A DNA stretch of 64,000 nucleotides, from contig JAYFMW010000012.1 in assembly GCA_042408215.1 (NCBI GenBank), positions 28,248 through 92,247 on the forward strand, written 5' to 3'. Below, in pieces: positions 61,136-64,000 of the stretch; positions within the stretch are counted from its first letter, which is position 1; every line of letters starts with the position of its first letter. The notes beneath the pieces are model-generated. The model did not search any database. It had not been told where the DNA came from and saw only the letters and a list, made by a program, of their open reading frames with translations. A program made the position numbers and the translations under genes. This DNA is from Microcoleus sp. (GTDB taxonomy: Bacteria; Cyanobacteriota; Cyanobacteriia; Cyanobacteriales; Microcoleaceae).

Positions 61136-64000
61136 TTGGCAGTATTGACTGGTACATTCACAAACGACAATCTCATCGGCACATCAGTCGATGACAACAT
61201 CGCAGGCTTAGATGGCAATGACACCATCAGTGGCTTAGATGGCAACGACACCTTGCTAGGCGGTGCAGGAAACAACAGCCTCAGTGGGGGTGGGGGTAAT
61301 GACAGCCTCCTTGGCGACAACGGCGATGACACCCTGGATGGAGGTATCGGCAATGACATTCTGAATGGAGGTTTTGGCAATGATAGTCTGGCTGGTGGCG
61401 ATGGAGATGACACGCTCGGTGCCAGTGGCCCCAGTACCTTAGATGGTGGTGCGGGCAATGACAACCTATCGGGTAGCTTCAAGAGCCTCGTCTTAGGAGG
61501 AGATGGCAATGACTATCTCAGTGGTGGTGGTAATAGCACCTTGGAAGGGGGTGCTGGCGATGATACGCTCCAGACTGACTTTGGCGGTGGCAGTGTGCTG
61601 CGAGGCGGTGCAGGTGGCGATCGCTATTTGTTGCGCGATGACCGGCAGAATCCACTGCAAATTCAGGATACAGGTGGGATCGATCGCCTAGACTTCACTG
61701 ATTTTACCGGTATATCAGTACCAGCCCTACGCTGTCGCTGTCGCTGTCATCGGGAACTACAGGCTTGACTCGACAAGGCACGAGTTTACTGATTGACATC
61801 AACAAAGACGGAATTGCACGGGCTACGGATGACATTGTAATTTCCGACTTTTTCGGTGCATCGGCGACTGTCGAAGGTGTTGGCTTTATCGAAACTGTGG
61901 GCAACCTCGCTGGTAGCGCGATTCTGGCTGCTAACCTGACTGAGGCTACGGCTGCACCCGGAAGCAGTGCAACCAGTGGTACACCTGGCAACGATAACCT
62001 CACAGGCACATCAGTCGATGACAACATCGCAGGCTTAGATGGCAATGACACCATCAGTGGCTTAGATGGCAATGACACCTTGCTAGGCGGTGCAGGAAAC
62101 AACAGCCTCAGTGGGGGTGGGGGTAATGACAGCCTCCTTGGCGACAACGGCGATGACACCCTGGATGGAGGTATCGGCAATGACATTCTGAATGGAGGTT
62201 TTGGCAATGATAGTCTGGCTGGTGGCGATGGAGATGACACGCTCGGTGCCAGTGGCCCCAGTACCTTAGATGGTGGTGCGGGCAATGACAACCTATCGGG
62301 TAGCTTCAAGAGCCTCGTCTTAGGAGGAGATGGCAATGACTATCTCAGTGGTGGTGGTAATAGCACCTTGGAAGGGGGTGCTGGCGATGATACGCTCCAG
62401 ACTGACTTTGGCGGTGGCAGTGTGCTGCGAGGCGGTGCAGGTGGCGATCGCTATTTGTTGCGGGATAACCGGCAGAATCAACTGCAAATTCAGGATACAG
62501 GTGGGATCGATCGCCTAGACTTCACTGATTTTACCGGTAATATCAGTACCAGCCCTACGCTGTCGCTGTCGTTGTCATCGGGAAATACAGGCTTGACTCG
62601 ACAAGGCACGAGTTTACTGATTGACATCAACAAAGACGGAATTGCACGGGCTACGGATGACATTGTAATTTCCGACTTCTTCGGTGCATCGGCGACTGTC
62701 GAAGGTGTTGGCTTTATCGAAACTGTGGGCAACCTCGCTGGTAGCGCGATTCTGGCTGCTAATCTGACTGAGGCTACGGCTGCACCCGGAAGCAGTGCAA
62801 CCAGTGGTACACCTGGCAACGATAACCTCACAGGCACATCAGTCGATGACAACATCGCAGGCTTAGATGGCAATGACACCATCAGTGGCTTAGATGGCAA
62901 TGACACCTTGCTAGGCGGTGCAGGAAACAACAGCCTCAGTGGGGGTGGGGGTAATGACAGCCTCCTTGGCGACAACGGCGATGACACCCTGGATGGAGGT
63001 ATCGGCAATGACATTCTGAATGGAGGTTTTGGCAATGATAGTCTGGCTGGTGGCGATGGAGATGACACGCTCGGTGCCAGTGGCCCCAGTACCTTAGATG
63101 GTGGTGCGGGCAATGACAACCTATCGGGTAGCTTCAAGAGCCTCGTCTTAGGAGGAGATGGCAATGACTATCTCAGTGGTGGTGGTAATAGCACCTTGGA
63201 AGGGGGTGCTGGCGATGATACGCTCCAGACTGACTTTGGCGGTGGCAGTGTGCTGCGAGGCGGTGCAGGTGGCGATCGCTATTTGTTGCGGGATAACGGG
63301 CAGAATCAACTGCAAATTCAGGATACAGGTGGGATCGATCGCTTAGACTTCACTGATTTTACCGGTAATATCAGTACCAGCCCTACGCTGTCGCTGTCTT
63401 TGTCATCGGGAAATACAGGCTTGACTCGACAAGGCACGAGTTTACTGATTGACATCAACAAAGACGGAATTGCACGGGCTACGGATGACGTTGTAATTTC
63501 CGACTTCTTCGGTGCATCGGCGACTGTCGAAGGTGTTGGCTTTATCGAAAATGTGGGCAACCTCGCTGGTAACGCGATTCTGGCTGCTAATCTCACTGAG
63601 GCTACGGCTGCACCCACGCCAACACCGGTTACGACTCCCACACCAGTGGTAACAACTCCCACACCAGTGGTAACAACACCCACACCGATCGCAGCCACAC
63701 CGATACCGATACCTCTACCGGTGACAACACCCACACCGGTGACAACACCCACACCTCCGGTGACGACACCCACACCGCCTTTCACTCCCACACCGCCTCA
63801 GACGATCGCACTGCCGATCGCACTCACAGTCACAAACGCACCCGCACCGACAGGCTCAGCATCGGAAACTCTCGGCAGCAGCAGCAATGACGTGATTGTG
63901 GCGATCGACGCCAACAGCCCCGTCTACGGCAACAAAGGCAACGACACCTTAATCGGCAACAGCGACAACAACACCTTCTTCGGAGGAAAAGGTGACGATG
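61136..64000 (+). CDS. RTX/hemolysin-type Ca-binding repeat protein with three 276-aa modules and a Pro/Thr linker; frameshift near 61711; continues past window
   Basis: GGxGxD nonapeptide repeats; unit starts at 61181, 62008 and 62836; first unit lacks one A. Confidence 0.85.

Noticed and set aside
60730..63791. Several 157-259 aa minus-strand ORFs
   Set aside because: Antisense shadows of the RTX repeats

Overview
This is a chromosomal window from a filamentous, phycoerythrin-containing cyanobacterium, probably Oscillatoriales/Microcoleus-like. That placement rests on abundant HIP1 GCGATCGC, heptamer STRR tracts, sepJ and cpeYZ. Housekeeping blocks are cpeY-cpeZ, sepJ, a PiT transporter, rplS-trnW-secE-nusG-rplKAJL, tocopherol and carotenoid genes, moeB-JAB-ferredoxin-hisZ-DnaJ-IMPase and trnS. 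IS200/IS605 material is dense: three tnpB genes (one frameshifted), four ORF-less omega-RNA-like MITEs, and an ORF-less HEARO/IscB-type RNA element whose end abuts the rplS start codon. The 32.7-47.3 kb region looks like a defence or stress locus. It holds a split TerY-P (vWA, PP2C, YegI-like kinase) triad whose kinase ends in a glycine-zipper membrane domain. Inside the triad sit a putative nuclease-fold gene and a tandem, catalytically degenerate RNase III gene. Directly after it lies a 61-repeat CRISPR array with no cas genes in the window. The window ends in a frameshifted RTX-repeat protein built from three near-identical 828-bp units. All calls come from reading the sequence; no database searches were run.
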